Source: Coniocarpon cinnabarinum (Eukaryota). From it: a stretch of DNA of 64,000 nt. The position numbers and the translations under genes are program-made. Location of the stretch: contig JAVECO010000007.1 of the NCBI GenBank assembly GCA_051942205.1, positions 62,001-126,000 of the forward strand, in the 5' to 3' direction. The first letter of the stretch is position 1. Every line of letters begins with the position of its first letter. The notes beneath the pieces are model-generated. The model did no database searches and was not told the DNA's origin. It saw nothing but the letters and a program-made list of their open reading frames with translations. This document shows positions 1 to 11,641 of this stretch, piece by piece.

Positions 1-1
1 G

Positions 2-664
2 CTCTATAGTATGGATGTCCTGCATACGTTGCTCAAGGAGATGTTCATCAAGATGTCACCTATCGGCAGTTTCAATACCTTCCCTGAGGCATTCCGGCAG
101 CGTACGGAAGAGATCAGCTTGGGCTGTTGTATCCTCAGGTGCGAACCTGGCGAAGGCGAGGACGCGTTCGATGAGCGCCTGGTGCTTCCGCTCTGGCGCG
201 GCATCAGCAGCGTGAATCTCATGCTGCCGAAGGAAGACCGGCGAGCGATGCTGCTAAGGTTCTTCAATGAGAGTGATGCGGAGTTGATTGATAACAGCAA
301 CACCAAGGCTCAGGGAACGAAAGGTGAGCCCAAGTCACAGCGGATTGAACGAGATAGACGCGACGAACGAAACGCGCAGCTGAAAAAGGAGGAGAGCGCA
401 AGCGGGGAAAGCGAGTCTGATGGCGGCGTGCCCTTGGATGGGGGCAACGATGTCAAGGTGGAGGACGACGGAGGTCCTAGACCCGCGCTGCAGCAGACAG
501 TGGAGGCTGCCGAGACATTGGGTGGTGCAAGTGCAGTAGAGGCCACGAGCATCAAGGTCGAGGAGAAGGAGCGCGCGAGGGACGCCGAGCTCCAAGGCCA
601 GGCCCAGGCGGACGTGGATCTGACGGAGGCCGACGATGGTGCAAAATTCAATACGACGATCTGA
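2..664 (+). CDS. NCL1: tRNA m5C methyltransferase (Ncl1/Trm4/NSUN2 family), C-terminal part; 5' end lies outside the window
   Basis: The frame is open from the window start (LYSMDVLHTLLKEMF...). LVLPLWRGISSVNLMLPKEDRRAMLLRFF matches the remembered C-terminal motif of fungal Trm4 and is followed by an acidic disordered tail. The catalytic domain is not in the window. Confidence 0.7.
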   Translation, partial: LYSMDVLHTLLKEMFIKMSPIGSFNTFPEAFRQRTEEISLGCCILRCEPGEGEDAFDERLVLPLWRGISSVNLMLPKEDRRAMLLRFFNESDAELIDNSNTKAQGTKGEPKSQRIERDRRDERNAQLKKEESASGESESDGGVPLDGGNDVKVEDDGGPRPALQQTVEAAETLGGASAVEATSIKVEEKERARDAELQGQAQADVDLTEADDGAKFNTTI

Positions 665-885
665 TGAGGATCTACAACTAAAACAAATGATTCAGGATTC
701 AGGGAAGAATCTAAGGTGGTCGTGGTCAAAATAGAGTCATCTAGTATTATCATACTCCAACGCTGCCGTCAAGGAGCAGCTCACGAGGCGGCCATGGACC
801 GCCGTCGTCTCAGATATTTAGATATAACAATGCGACATGTCGCTCCCTGACGCCTCGCTATGCATATCGATGTCACTAGTCAATG

Positions 886-3800
886 CTATCGTCTAGGCCC
901 CGGTCTCCCACCTGGATCCCGTCCCCTCAATGCTCTCTTGTCCTCATCAAACTTCTCGAAGTCCCTCTTGGGTTCTTCACGCCAATGCTGCCGCGGTGGT
1001 GGCGGGAGCGGTGCCGCTCCTCTGTCATCTCTCCTAACACCACGGGCACCATATCCTGTGTCAGGTCTTGCACCTCTCATATCTTCCCTCTGCGGACGGG
1101 CGTCCTCGCGACGGTCTCTGTACTCTTTCGGATAGTCTCTAGGTTCTCGAGTGTCTCTTCTCATTTCCCCTCGCGGACTACGCTCACGCATACGGTCTGA
1201 TTCCCGTAGGCGTGCGTCTCTGCCATCGCGCCCACCAGTGGGCCCCTCTGGCATCAGCTCGCGTGGTGCACCACGACGCGGTCCACCGTCACGTGCAAAC
1301 AGATCCGGTTGCTCTGAGCGTGGAAGTCCGCGATAGTCGCGATTCTCCTGTCGGTCTTGACGGGTGTCTCCAGCTGGCGGTCGCTCAGGACGATCGAATC
1401 GCACTTCATGAGGTACTGGTCGATCCATACCTCGGTCACGAACCTCTCGAATATCGCTACGAAGTTCGCGACGAGGTCCGCGATCGACATTGCGGTCATA
1501 CGGTGCGGGCGCCAGCTCTTGCGACGGTATTGAGACTTCGGGTCGAGAGAATTGGGCACCGCGGACGTCACGTGGTGGCGCCTCTCCAACTCGCTCTCGA
1601 GGAGGAACCGCTGGACCCGGTCCTCTCGCTTGAAATTGGGGAGGCGGAGGAGGTCCGCGACTATCAAAGCCACGAGATGATGGAGGGGAGGAGCCATCAG
1701 TAGAATAGCCTCGTGAAGCAGCGCCAGGAGCTGGTAGCCCAGCGTTTACGGGCCCGTTGCGCGGACCTATGCCGTTGGTAGGGGGCCTTGGGGCTTGATT
1801 GCTTTGATTCAGAGTCTCTTGCAAGCGCCCAAACTGCCGGCGACTGCCGTCTGTTCGATTGTATTGATTTTGTGAGGCTGCGCTTGACGGTCCACTAGGA
1901 GGAACGAAACCGGTCGGTGAACCTGCAGACTGCGGGCCAGCCGACCGAGGGCCTGAGGGAACACCTGCTGTTGACTGTGGAAGTCCAGGACCGCCTAAAG
2001 CTCTTCTCGAAGGGTCTTGAGGCGATGTTTGAATGGGTGGTGGACGAGCGGTACCTTGAATCTGGCTCATGCGACTAGGGTGCACTCCAGTAGAATCTGG
2101 AGCCGACGAGCCTTGTGTGTTCTGAGGTGGTAAGCCTTGTGGAAAAGCGCTGCGTCCATTCGGGCTTGACATGCTGGCTTGGCCTCGAATTGAGGCGCCA
2201 TGTTCTGAATCATATCGAGGTCCTCTCGGTGAAGGCGGCTGAGCTGGCGGAACACGTCCTGGATCTGGCTTATTAAAAGGCTCACTTCGCGTTGGACGGC
2301 GTTCGGAATCTGTTGGGGCGTTCTCATTCATTAGTCTAGCGCGTTCCGGATTGAGGCCACTTTGCCGGCCGGGAGTCGTAGTTCCAGCACCGTTTGGGCG
2401 CTGATCTAAAACAGGTCTGTGCTGGTCTGACGAAGTTCGATTGTTCACTTGAGAATACTCTCGGCGAGGCGGCGGCCCCATGTTACCATACCCGTCGCCT
2501 TGCCTCCGTTCATGTTCGTATCCTCGCGCGGGGCCTGAGGTCGGACTTGGTACTAACGGCCTTGACGGTGTACTGCTTTGTGAATTTGTTGTATCAGCGT
2601 TCAGACGGCCATAACTCATATCGGAAGGCCTTATAGAGGAGCGAGAAGTATCAGCAGGATAATGGCCGCCATGTGTTTGACCTGGGCCAGCTCTTGCCAC
2701 ATGCGGCGAATGGTTGTTTTCCAACTGCATCGTCGTGTTTCTGGAGTCATAGCCTTGGTATCTCGATGGACGCTCGCGTTCTCTACGGGGTCCATCCGGC
2801 GCCTGATCAGTTGCTGAGTTGCGCGTGGCTGGCTGGCTTGCTGTTGACGCTGTTGGTCCAGGTGATGCATCCATCGCGGCCGACTGCGGATCCTTCTGTT
2901 CCGACGGGCGTGCGAGTCTATTGGCATCCGAACCGCTTCGCCTCTTCATTGACTCCATTGCTCGTTGCTTTAGTATACGCTCGTCCTCACGAGAGGGAAC
3001 GCCCGAAGCTTGAGGGCGGACAGTCGTGTCCTCGGGTTTGGTCGCTTCACCAGAAACTGTGATTGCATCCGCATGCTTGTGTTGTGTGGATGGAGGTTCA
3101 CGAATGTCGGATTTTGGCTCCTGAGAAGCTTGGTCTCGAGATGTTGGTTTGGGCTCTGGAAAAAGCATCTTTGCTTTCGGAGCATCAACCATGGGGGTAT
3201 CTTTAACTTCGCCATCCTCCACTGAGGCCGCAGACATCGGAATGCCATTGCTTGTCAATGAAGCTCTTGGTGCAAAGTTGGGAGCTTTAGCATCCAGTTG
3301 TTTGGGATCCCTTACTATTTCGTGCACGCTGGTGTTAATAGCTGATGGAGGAGTCGCCTTTGATTTGCTGGTACAGAAGTCTTGAGGTAGAATCCAATGT
3401 CTTTCCCTTCGCTTGAGAGGAGCTTGAGCAGAGTTTGCAGATGTCCAAAGGTCCTGACGCGCGAAAGGTTTCGGTTTCTCGCCCTCGCCAGCAGGTTGCT
3501 CTCGATCTCGGACTTGTTGGATTTTTTTCAACAACTCCTCACCGATCGATTTGGTTACAGGATAATGAGGTGCTATTGTCGTTACCACGGTGATCGCGTT
3601 CTTTACATGCATGTACTCAAGCTGGTCAAGACATTTCTGCAAACCTTGGGCTAGCTTGCGGTGCCACTTGCTGAGTAGGTTCCGGAAAGCTTCAAAATCA
3701 AGCAGAGTCTCAGATTGACCGCTGCTGCTCGTCTTGATTAAGAACCCAGGTAATGTTCGGTTCATTGAATTGTGACGACCTTGAGCTTTCCGTTCATACT

Positions 3801-6800
3801 CTTTCGGATCAGCGTGCCATTCGTTGAGTGTCTTTAGCACCTCCGCGAGAAATTTGCCGAGGTTCTCTGCTTCTTTGCCTGAGCACGTGTAGATAAGATT
3901 GGAGATCGTGTGACTATCGAACAGGCGGTCGAAGAGCAGCATGATGCGGAAGTTTCGCGTGCCTTTGCTGTGCAGAAAGAATAGCATCTTCTGAGCGTAG
4001 TACGAATCCAGAGGAGACAATACCAAGCGAGGTAAGAAGTAATCCTGAAGCAGAGCGTGATTGAGAGCGTCCCAATTACTCCCAGGGTCTTCAATCCATT
4101 GGTCTTTCTCCCTTGTCAAACGACTTTGAACGGCTTGAAAGTGCTTCATTTTCGCCTTCATCTCCTTCATGAGCCTATCGTGGGATTCATCTATCTTCTC
4201 CGCTTCTCTCCTCTTTACGCTGGCAACAGAAGTATCCGATCGGTCCGGAATGATTGCTGCCTTCTTGGCCAACGCCTTCTTCATCTCGTCCTCGTATATG
4301 TTCGTAGGAGCAAGCAAATCAGAAAGAGAAAGTTGCCAGAATGTAACCAGAAATGACGTGCTGATGTACGAGCAGCGACTGAGACTCAGTGTTGGCTCAA
4401 TGCGATCCGCGAGTTCCTTCAGTACTGGATGGCAGGATCTCGCGATTGATGTTGGGGGAATCATACTTGGAGGCGATGGCCCACCGTTCGGAAGCTGTGG
4501 AGTGTCTGAGGCCTCGTCCACTGCGGACTCGACAATCTCGTTGGTGGCCTTCAACTCAGGCACGGTCCCATTGACATTGTCCATGGAGGCGTCGTTCTCT
4601 GGTGATTGACGTTTCTCCGAGCTTGGAGCCCTTGAACCTTTCGAAGGGCTACCATGTTTGCGATCATACTCAGCCATTGACCGTGTAATGCTCGATCTCT
4701 GGATGGCAAAAGCGGTGCTGACCTCTAGTTGGTAGTCTGAAACAAGCGAAACAAGGTCGGGGATCATTTGATCAAACTGCTCCAGACTTGTATTGGCACG
4801 CGTCATATCCAGACATTGCTGGAAGACAGTGTTCATCTCATCATAAACCTCACTCAGAATCTTGTTGTCATCCTGGTCGTGACTGTATATAGACCTCTCG
4901 CACTGCTGAGCTAGTGCTATAAGTAGGGCTGTTCCAGTGTTATTCTCGATGAGGCTAGCAATGAGGCGTTTTGCTGCTCGAGGAGGATTCATGCGCTCAT
5001 CTTGAAGCTGATGCAGAGTTTCCGATCGCAGAAGGTCTCCACCAGCCAAAGCCATCATCTGACCATCCGTAAGATCAGTGAGAGCCGTCACACCTGACAT
5101 CTGACGGATGACATCTCGAAGCACTCTTATATCAATGTAGCTGTTTTTGCGCAGTTGGCTGAGGATGTAAAGAATGAAAGGTTGAACATTCATTGCAGAG
5201 TACTTCTTGAGGATCTTGCCTGTAAAAGTTGATAGCGACACCAACCACTTGTTGGCCGTGAAGCCAGTGTTAGACACTCTGCCACGCGCTTCGTTCCCAA
5301 GGAATGTTAGAATGGACCACGATAGTACGTCGTAGCTGAGTTCCGTGAAGTGACGACCGCAGTCGACAACCACATCGATCAAGTTATCATACTGCTCAAG
5401 TTGCCGCAGAAACACATCGAAGACAATGCCGGGAGCCGAGGCAGAGGCCTTCGCAAGTTTTCGCGAGCTGGGCCCAGAATCTAGCTTGTTGACCTTCTTC
5501 ATAATGTCTTTCGTCTCGTAACGAGTCAAGTTAAAGGCTTCAGCGACATCGCCTGATCGCGACGTTGGGCCAGTAAACCACTCAGCGTAAATGTTGTACC
5601 TTGTGCTCACTGAATATCTCTTGAGAAGGGCAAAAACTTCACCAACTACTGACGTGTTGGCCTTTGTTAGACTGAGTGCTGGACACAAGAGTCTTTTCAA
5701 CAGGTCATGCCATCGATCAAAGTTTGGTGCTGAGGGATCAGCGTCAAGACTGAAATTGCCAATGCGGGCCAACTTGGTGAGAAGACCTGCATCTTGGCCG
5801 ATCTTCACACCAACCAGACTGAGAAGTGTATTACACAGCAGAAACACATCTTCGACGCTCTGACAAACGGGTATGGTGTCCGCCCATTCGTCCCAGTAAA
5901 ACTTGTAGTCAATTCCCTCTGCCGCGTCTCTGGTGTCAAGCTGAGCCCACTTCAATACTCTGTTGGCCGGCGCGTCGGTCAGACGAAGACCTCCTTTCGG
6001 TAGGCCTGACTGGTCCTCTGCAGGAACGAGGGCCGCAGTATCGACTCCTGCTCTATGGTGTGAATTGGAGGCGGCATCATACACCGCTGAGAGGCAGTGA
6101 TGCAGGATCCTAAAAATGTGCTTTGGTAAATCGGAGACGACATCGAGGAGCCATGGGAATCGGCCGAGGAGGAATAGAGCTTCAGGGAGTGCTCCAATGC
6201 ACAAGAGACTTTTGAGTAGGTTGATTTTTTGATCGGGAACATCATCCGCCTGCGCTGGTTCTGCTTTTACTCTATCTCGTGTGGTTTCTGCTCTGCCCTC
6301 GCCTGGAGTTGCGCCCCTCTCCGTCGTGTTCCGTAGACGAGTATTCGGCATCGGAACTGTGTCGTCACTCAGTGCGCCAGCACGAGTCAGAGCATTTACC
6401 GCAGCTCCTCCACGCTTAGCTTGTTCTCGATCCGCTCGTTCTCGGAGCCCCTTCTGCTTGACCGATTCCATTGAGTCGTCATGCGGACTGAGATGTGGAT
6501 ATATGTCCAATAAAGAGATGAACCCAATCTTGATCAGCATCGCAGTGAGGTAGATAAGAGATGGTGGTAGAACGTCGGTTTCACTGCGCACCGAGGAAGC
6601 ATAGAAGCGAAGTTTGAACCCTAGAAGCTGAGCGGCAACAGAGCTGCCCGACGGAGGTAGTGTTCGAGTTTGTGAAATCCATTGCGCAAGATTTTTGGCC
6701 TTTTCATCTTTGGTTTGAGCTGCAAGTTTTTCCAGCTCTTGGATACGTTCTTCATCACTAAGGACCTTCCGCCGACCCAGTGAGAAAAATGCAGCGATGC

Positions 6801-8127
6801 CAGCAGTACGGGCGTGGGCCCAAAACTTTTCGTCTCGTTGTTTGCGAAGATCTGCCATGCGTGAAGCCTCCTCATCAGTCAGTCGCCAATCATGATGATC
6901 CGGCTCAGCCCAAAGGGGCAACGGGCTGACTTCCACGCCTTCTGCAGCCAACCCATCTGGTCCACTTTGAGAAGGCCAGTAGTCGCTCATGCGTAGTAAT
7001 TTCACGAAGAATCGATGGTTTTTGATAACCGTGCTTGCACATACGTCGAGAGTAACGTCAAGCACACGTCCAGCGTCGAGATCAAAAGCCCCGATTAAAG
7101 CCTTCATATTCTCAAACGTTTCGTAAGCCGTATCACTTGTCGGGTCTGGCTCTTGTCCGACAGAGAAGAGCTCTGTGATGAGTTTTGAGTACCCTTCAGT
7201 CTCCTCACGAAGTAGATTGTAGTTGGATTGCTTGTAGAGGATGTTGGTCTGCTTGCGAATGAACATGCGGCTGAAACTCGATTGCACCAATCCCAATGCT
7301 GTCAAAGCGTCGCTTTCAAGGATTAAGCGCATCTTTTCCGCTGGAATCCTAGTGGAGAAGCAAAGTGTCTTGAAGCTAGGACTGCCCATGTCAATGCCCG
7401 GAACAGTCGATAGAGCATCGAGAAAAACTTCAGTGACATCCAAAGGAGTTTCTTGAGGGGTTTGATCGATGATCACGCGGATGGTGTCGCCTACTTCTGC
7501 AGCGTCCAAACGTCCATCTACTGACGTACGCAACAGCTCATGCACAATGCTGCAGAGGTTGGTCAAGTTTGCCTCTGCAAGTACCTTTAATGTTTGCTGT
7601 ATCAGATCTTGTCTTCCACACTCTTGCCAAGTATTTACTTGGTCGTCAGTCAAGTACTCATAGACCATTGGAGGTGGTGTCACTGGTCTTGACGAGGTAG
7701 TTTGTGTTGTTGGTGGATTTGCAGCGGTTTTTGAAGTGGTCGCATCGGGTTGAGGCTGCTCCGGCTGCTCAGTTGTTCCGTCTATATTTGCTGCAGGAGG
7801 AGGTGGTGGGGTGATAGTCTGTGTGGTGGAGTCGTCGGCACGAGAACGGGCGTCAGTTTTCTGCTCGTTTGGGCCGATATCAGGCAAGGGTGCCTGCGAA
7901 GGCTGGTGACCGGCACCGACGTTCGAGCGACCAGCTCGTCCTCCACGTCCGCCTCTGCCCCTCCCTCTACCACGCTGGCTGGTGGGACTGACTGGTGACT
8001 GATTGGTATCATATCTCGAGGTGTTGTGGACGCCAGAGAGGTGGTGAGGTGACGGCCGCCTGCCATCATTAGGGTCATAGTCGCTTCGCTCCGACACTCG
8101 ACGCTTCGTCCCTCTCGGCGGTGCCAT
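886..8127 (-). CDS. THO2: THO complex subunit 2
   Basis: 2413-aa ORF with LYKQSNYNLLREETEGYSKLITEL, ALIGAFDLDAGRVLDVTLD and EYMHVKNAI motifs, and a long R/D/P-rich C-terminal tail. Confidence 0.95.
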   Translation of the reverse strand: MAPPRGTKRRVSERSDYDPNDGRRPSPHHLSGVHNTSRYDTNQSPVSPTSQRGRGRGRGGRGGRAGRSNVGAGHQPSQAPLPDIGPNEQKTDARSRADDSTTQTITPPPPPAANIDGTTEQPEQPQPDATTSKTAANPPTTQTTSSRPVTPPPMVYEYLTDDQVNTWQECGRQDLIQQTLKVLAEANLTNLCSIVHELLRTSVDGRLDAAEVGDTIRVIIDQTPQETPLDVTEVFLDALSTVPGIDMGSPSFKTLCFSTRIPAEKMRLILESDALTALGLVQSSFSRMFIRKQTNILYKQSNYNLLREETEGYSKLITELFSVGQEPDPTSDTAYETFENMKALIGAFDLDAGRVLDVTLDVCASTVIKNHRFFVKLLRMSDYWPSQSGPDGLAAEGVEVSPLPLWAEPDHHDWRLTDEEASRMADLRKQRDEKFWAHARTAGIAAFFSLGRRKVLSDEERIQELEKLAAQTKDEKAKNLAQWISQTRTLPPSGSSVAAQLLGFKLRFYASSVRSETDVLPPSLIYLTAMLIKIGFISLLDIYPHLSPHDDSMESVKQKGLRERADREQAKRGGAAVNALTRAGALSDDTVPMPNTRLRNTTERGATPGEGRAETTRDRVKAEPAQADDVPDQKINLLKSLLCIGALPEALFLLGRFPWLLDVVSDLPKHIFRILHHCLSAVYDAASNSHHRAGVDTAALVPAEDQSGLPKGGLRLTDAPANRVLKWAQLDTRDAAEGIDYKFYWDEWADTIPVCQSVEDVFLLCNTLLSLVGVKIGQDAGLLTKLARIGNFSLDADPSAPNFDRWHDLLKRLLCPALSLTKANTSVVGEVFALLKRYSVSTRYNIYAEWFTGPTSRSGDVAEAFNLTRYETKDIMKKVNKLDSGPSSRKLAKASASAPGIVFDVFLRQLEQYDNLIDVVVDCGRHFTELSYDVLSWSILTFLGNEARGRVSNTGFTANKWLVSLSTFTGKILKKYSAMNVQPFILYILSQLRKNSYIDIRVLRDVIRQMSGVTALTDLTDGQMMALAGGDLLRSETLHQLQDERMNPPRAAKRLIASLIENNTGTALLIALAQQCERSIYSHDQDDNKILSEVYDEMNTVFQQCLDMTRANTSLEQFDQMIPDLVSLVSDYQLEVSTAFAIQRSSITRSMAEYDRKHGSPSKGSRAPSSEKRQSPENDASMDNVNGTVPELKATNEIVESAVDEASDTPQLPNGGPSPPSMIPPTSIARSCHPVLKELADRIEPTLSLSRCSYISTSFLVTFWQLSLSDLLAPTNIYEDEMKKALAKKAAIIPDRSDTSVASVKRREAEKIDESHDRLMKEMKAKMKHFQAVQSRLTREKDQWIEDPGSNWDALNHALLQDYFLPRLVLSPLDSYYAQKMLFFLHSKGTRNFRIMLLFDRLFDSHTISNLIYTCSGKEAENLGKFLAEVLKTLNEWHADPKEYERKAQGRHNSMNRTLPGFLIKTSSSGQSETLLDFEAFRNLLSKWHRKLAQGLQKCLDQLEYMHVKNAITVVTTIAPHYPVTKSIGEELLKKIQQVRDREQPAGEGEKPKPFARQDLWTSANSAQAPLKRRERHWILPQDFCTSKSKATPPSAINTSVHEIVRDPKQLDAKAPNFAPRASLTSNGIPMSAASVEDGEVKDTPMVDAPKAKMLFPEPKPTSRDQASQEPKSDIREPPSTQHKHADAITVSGEATKPEDTTVRPQASGVPSREDERILKQRAMESMKRRSGSDANRLARPSEQKDPQSAAMDASPGPTASTASQPATRNSATDQAPDGPRRERERPSRYQGYDSRNTTMQLENNHSPHVARAGPGQTHGGHYPADTSRSSIRPSDMSYGRLNADTTNSQSSTPSRPLVPSPTSGPARGYEHERRQGDGYGNMGPPPRREYSQVNNRTSSDQHRPVLDQRPNGAGTTTPGRQSGLNPERARLMNENAPTDSERRPTRSEPFNKPDPGRVPPAQPPSPRGPRYDSEHGASIRGQASMSSPNGRSAFPQGLPPQNTQGSSAPDSTGVHPSRMSQIQGTARPPPIQTSPQDPSRRALGGPGLPQSTAGVPSGPRSAGPQSAGSPTGFVPPSGPSSAASQNQYNRTDGSRRQFGRLQETLNQSNQAPRPPTNGIGPRNGPVNAGLPAPGAASRGYSTDGSSPPSSRGFDSRGPPPPPQFQARGPGPAVPPRERVGEAPPRDVRGAQFSRPEVSIPSQELAPAPYDRNVDRGPRRELRSDIREVRDRGMDRPVPHEVRFDRPERPPAGDTRQDRQENRDYRGLPRSEQPDLFARDGGPRRGAPRELMPEGPTGGRDGRDARLRESDRMRERSPRGEMRRDTREPRDYPKEYRDRREDARPQREDMRGARPDTGYGARGVRRDDRGAAPLPPPPRQHWREEPKRDFEKFDEDKRALRGRDPGGRPGPRR

Positions 8128-8638
8128 GGCTGAGCGACGTCACGGTCGCTCGCCAGGCTTCAGATCTGCAGAATAGGGAATGGTGGGAGATGTCGAGACG
8201 ATTTTCAGATCTTCCTGTGAAACTTAGGGCCAGACAATTGTTCTTATCTCGATGCTGTCGCCAGCGGTGGTAAGACGTGTAGCGAGGTGAGAGCGCTCGT
8301 CTGGAAGCTCGGCCGTGGTAATAAAGATAGAGTGAGACAGCAGTACGCAAAAGTGCCTGCTTTGACGTCTATTCATCAAAGGGCAAAAGGCACTAGTGTG
8401 CTTTGCCGCCCGCTTAACTCCGCTAGCGTACCGTCCAAACCAATGTAGGTTTTCTGCGATAAAGATGATGCGCAGAAAATAATTATTTCATCAGCTACCT
8501 TGGCACGTCCTCCTACACTAGAGTACTTGTTCCTGGACATCTATACCCTTTCATGAATTGTTTTACTAGTGCTTGATTCTTCACTCAAAATTTGATTGTT
8601 GACTCCGAACCTCTTTCAGCTGTTGCGCCGTCTCCGGC

Positions 8639-10831
8639 ATGTCTCTCCTTTCTCGAAACGCAGCTTGTCTACAATGTCGTTTCAAAGCTTTCGCACCCAG
8701 TCTTGATCTCGCAAGGCCAATTGCTAGCCCTTGGTCATTAAGGGTGCGTAGTTTCGAGACGCATCATCTTGCTCCGGCGCCTCGGAAACGATTCCACAAT
8801 GGCACAGCTCGATGGCAACAGGCTGCACAGCAGGAGGCAGCTAGAGCAAGTGCTGAATATTCCATGCCTGCGAAAAGTCCGCCATCACAGACAGAGGTCG
8901 ATCGCGCAACCGCAATGGGGCCAATCACGCGGTTCCAGGAGCTGAGCGATCGAGAAATTGTCAACCGACGCATTGTGAACACTTTGACTGGGCCAATGGG
9001 CCTACAGACAATGACGCAGGTTCAGAGTCTCACGATCAGCGAAGCGGTAAAAGGCGTCGATGTCCTTGCCCAAGCCAAAACGGGTACCGGAAAGACCATT
9101 GGTTTCCTACTGCCGGTTCTGCAGAGGATCCTCGAGAGCAAGCCGGAGCTTGCTGACAGACGAGGTGGCATGCGAGTTCGATACGGTGCGGGTCGATCAA
9201 GTACCTTAGCTCTTATCATTTCGCCAACTCGCGAACTGGCGGAGCAGATCGCGACCGAGGCAAAGCGACTTACGGAAGGCACTGGAGTTCTCGTCCAAAC
9301 CGCAGTCGGTGGTACACAAAAGCGCTCACATCTTAATGACATGGTTCGTCAGGGCTGTCATATACTGGTCGGTACCCCGGGTCGTCTCAAGGATCTACTC
9401 AGCTCCGATATCGAGGCGCCCGGGCTTGAGTCCCTGGTGCTCGATGAAGCCGATCGCCTCATGGACGATGGATTTTGGCCCGAGATTAAAGACATCATGT
9501 CCTTGTTGCCAGACACCCAGACTCAAGACCGCCAGACGCTCCTCTTCTCTGCTACCGTCCCACCGGACGTCGTAAAGTTAGCTCGAAGCGTCCTCAAGCG
9601 AGACATGCACTACGTCCGCACCGTGCAAGAAGACGAAACACCAACGCAGGAACGTGTCAAGCAAACACTCGTGCCCATCCCCGGCTTTGAGAATTCGCTT
9701 CCGACTGTCCTTCAGATTCTCGAAAAATCCCAGCAGCAAAATGACTTCATACCAGACGGAAGACCCTTCAAAGCTATCGTATACTTCAACAGCACTGCCG
9801 AAACCACTCTCAACTTCCACCTCCTCATGCACCTCCGCCAAAATCCTCACCTCCTTCCCCCTTCCCTCCGTGACTCCCGGCTCCTGAAATCCGTCCGTGT
9901 CCATGCGATCCATTCACGACTCACTCAACAACAACGCACCAATGCCGCCGCCTACTTCCGCGAAGCCCGCTCCGCTATCCTCTGCTCCTCCGACGTTACC
10001 GCCCGCGGTATGGACTTCCCTGGCGTCACCCACGTGATACAGGTCGGTCTCCCACCGTCCCGCGATCAATACGTGCATCGCCTCGGCCGGACAGCACGAG
10101 CTGGCAAAGAAGGCGAAGGCTGGCTTCTCCTGCCACAAGTGGCTATGCGCGAGATGCGTACACGACTGGGCCGAATCCCCATGGACACCGTCAGGCCTAA
10201 TGAGCTATCCGCCGCGTCGCTCGACACGGCGCGAATACCAGAAGAAGAATCAGCAGAGGAGGAGCGCGCGCTCGAAGATCCATACATGCAAGCGTGCATG
10301 GCGGCAGCGCGAGATGCGCTCCAAAGCGGCGCCATCGACTACGAATCATTTGAGAAGGCGTACATGGGGACGATCGGGACGTGGCAATGGTTTCCCAACA
10401 AGAGCATGACTATTGATCTGTTGAACCGCTTGGCGCGTTGGGGCTGGGGCATGATGACGCCTCCGACGATCAGCCGCGGACTAGCTTCCCGTATCGGGTT
10501 CTTTGGTATCCCCGGCGTTAATCTCGATGGCTACGGTAATCGTAGAGGCGACGGTGGCCGCGCTGGTGACAGAGAAGGGGGTTTCGGAGGTGGATTCGGG
10601 GAGAGAAGAGGCGGGTTTAGCGGTGGCTTCGGTGGTGGTGAGAGGAGAAGTGGTTTCGGAGATGGCAGTGACAGAAGAGGTGGTTTTGGCGGCTCTGGCG
10701 GCGGTTACGGCGGAGACAGAAGAGGTGGTGGAGGCTTTGGCGACAGAGGTGGGTTCGGTCGATCGGGTGGGAGTGGTTTTGAGAATCAAGGCCGCACGCG
10801 AGCACCCAGCTATCGCGGTGGGCGTTACTAA
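8639..10831 (+). CDS. MSS116: Mitochondrial DEAD-box RNA helicase (Mss116/CYT-19-like)
   Basis: Basic N-terminal presequence; AQAKTGTGKT, SPTRELA, GTPGRL, DEAD, SAT, ARGMDFP and HRLGRTAR motifs; RGG/FGG-rich C-tail. Confidence 0.85.
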   Translation: MSLLSRNAACLQCRFKAFAPSLDLARPIASPWSLRVRSFETHHLAPAPRKRFHNGTARWQQAAQQEAARASAEYSMPAKSPPSQTEVDRATAMGPITRFQELSDREIVNRRIVNTLTGPMGLQTMTQVQSLTISEAVKGVDVLAQAKTGTGKTIGFLLPVLQRILESKPELADRRGGMRVRYGAGRSSTLALIISPTRELAEQIATEAKRLTEGTGVLVQTAVGGTQKRSHLNDMVRQGCHILVGTPGRLKDLLSSDIEAPGLESLVLDEADRLMDDGFWPEIKDIMSLLPDTQTQDRQTLLFSATVPPDVVKLARSVLKRDMHYVRTVQEDETPTQERVKQTLVPIPGFENSLPTVLQILEKSQQQNDFIPDGRPFKAIVYFNSTAETTLNFHLLMHLRQNPHLLPPSLRDSRLLKSVRVHAIHSRLTQQQRTNAAAYFREARSAILCSSDVTARGMDFPGVTHVIQVGLPPSRDQYVHRLGRTARAGKEGEGWLLLPQVAMREMRTRLGRIPMDTVRPNELSAASLDTARIPEEESAEEERALEDPYMQACMAAARDALQSGAIDYESFEKAYMGTIGTWQWFPNKSMTIDLLNRLARWGWGMMTPPTISRGLASRIGFFGIPGVNLDGYGNRRGDGGRAGDREGGFGGGFGERRGGFSGGFGGGERRSGFGDGSDRRGGFGGSGGGYGGDRRGGGGFGDRGGFGRSGGSGFENQGRTRAPSYRGGRY

Positions 10832-11641
10832 GAAGCGAGTAAGATCTCAGGAAGGAATGCACGGGGTGTACGATATCGATATGGATCTGGGAAGACTGAC
10901 TGTGATTTGATATCCCCATATAGAGCATTGCAAGGCGTCAAGGCATTACGGCTTGTGCACATAGGTTGAGGATAATGGTATAATAGGGCAACGTCTGGTT
11001 GCTACTCATCTCGACTCTACTCGTACGATATATATTCTTTTTCAACAAAACATCGGCATACAAATACCGAACCTGCGTCTTCACGTGGCTTGGGGCTTGT
11101 GGCCGGCAGCGAAGCGAAGCGAACTCCCATGAGTACCTTAGGAAGACAAAGGAATTGCCGCAAATCAGTAGTATGCTATTGACATTCTTTTCTTTTCAAG
11201 CAGCATATGCTGCTTGCTGAAGCCAATGTATTCGGGGAAGCTTGCAAAGCTGTTTTCATCACCGTCATAAGCACGTTTTATTGATTCACTCGCTTTTACA
11301 TCTGATGGGTCTCGTACAAGCCCTAGACGTCACCGTATCACTCACACACCTGATTCAAGTCCTCCCTGTGGTTGACAAAGATCCCAACATGAAGCCCGCA
11401 TCATGCAAGGGTACAAAAATTCGAGATAGTTCTCCCGCTGAGACTTCGCTGCCGTTCCTGCCGTTCCTGCACCTGGAACTGCAGAATATCGTGGGATCCA
11501 TTTTCAGGGCAGAGCGTGCCGAGTTTATTTCGTAACCGAAGAAGCTCGCTGGTATCGATTGCGACAGGCGACTGTCTAGCATCAAACAGCCGCACGCGTC
11601 GCGCATGCATTGCGAACGCTGATTTCGTTTTCGATATTGTT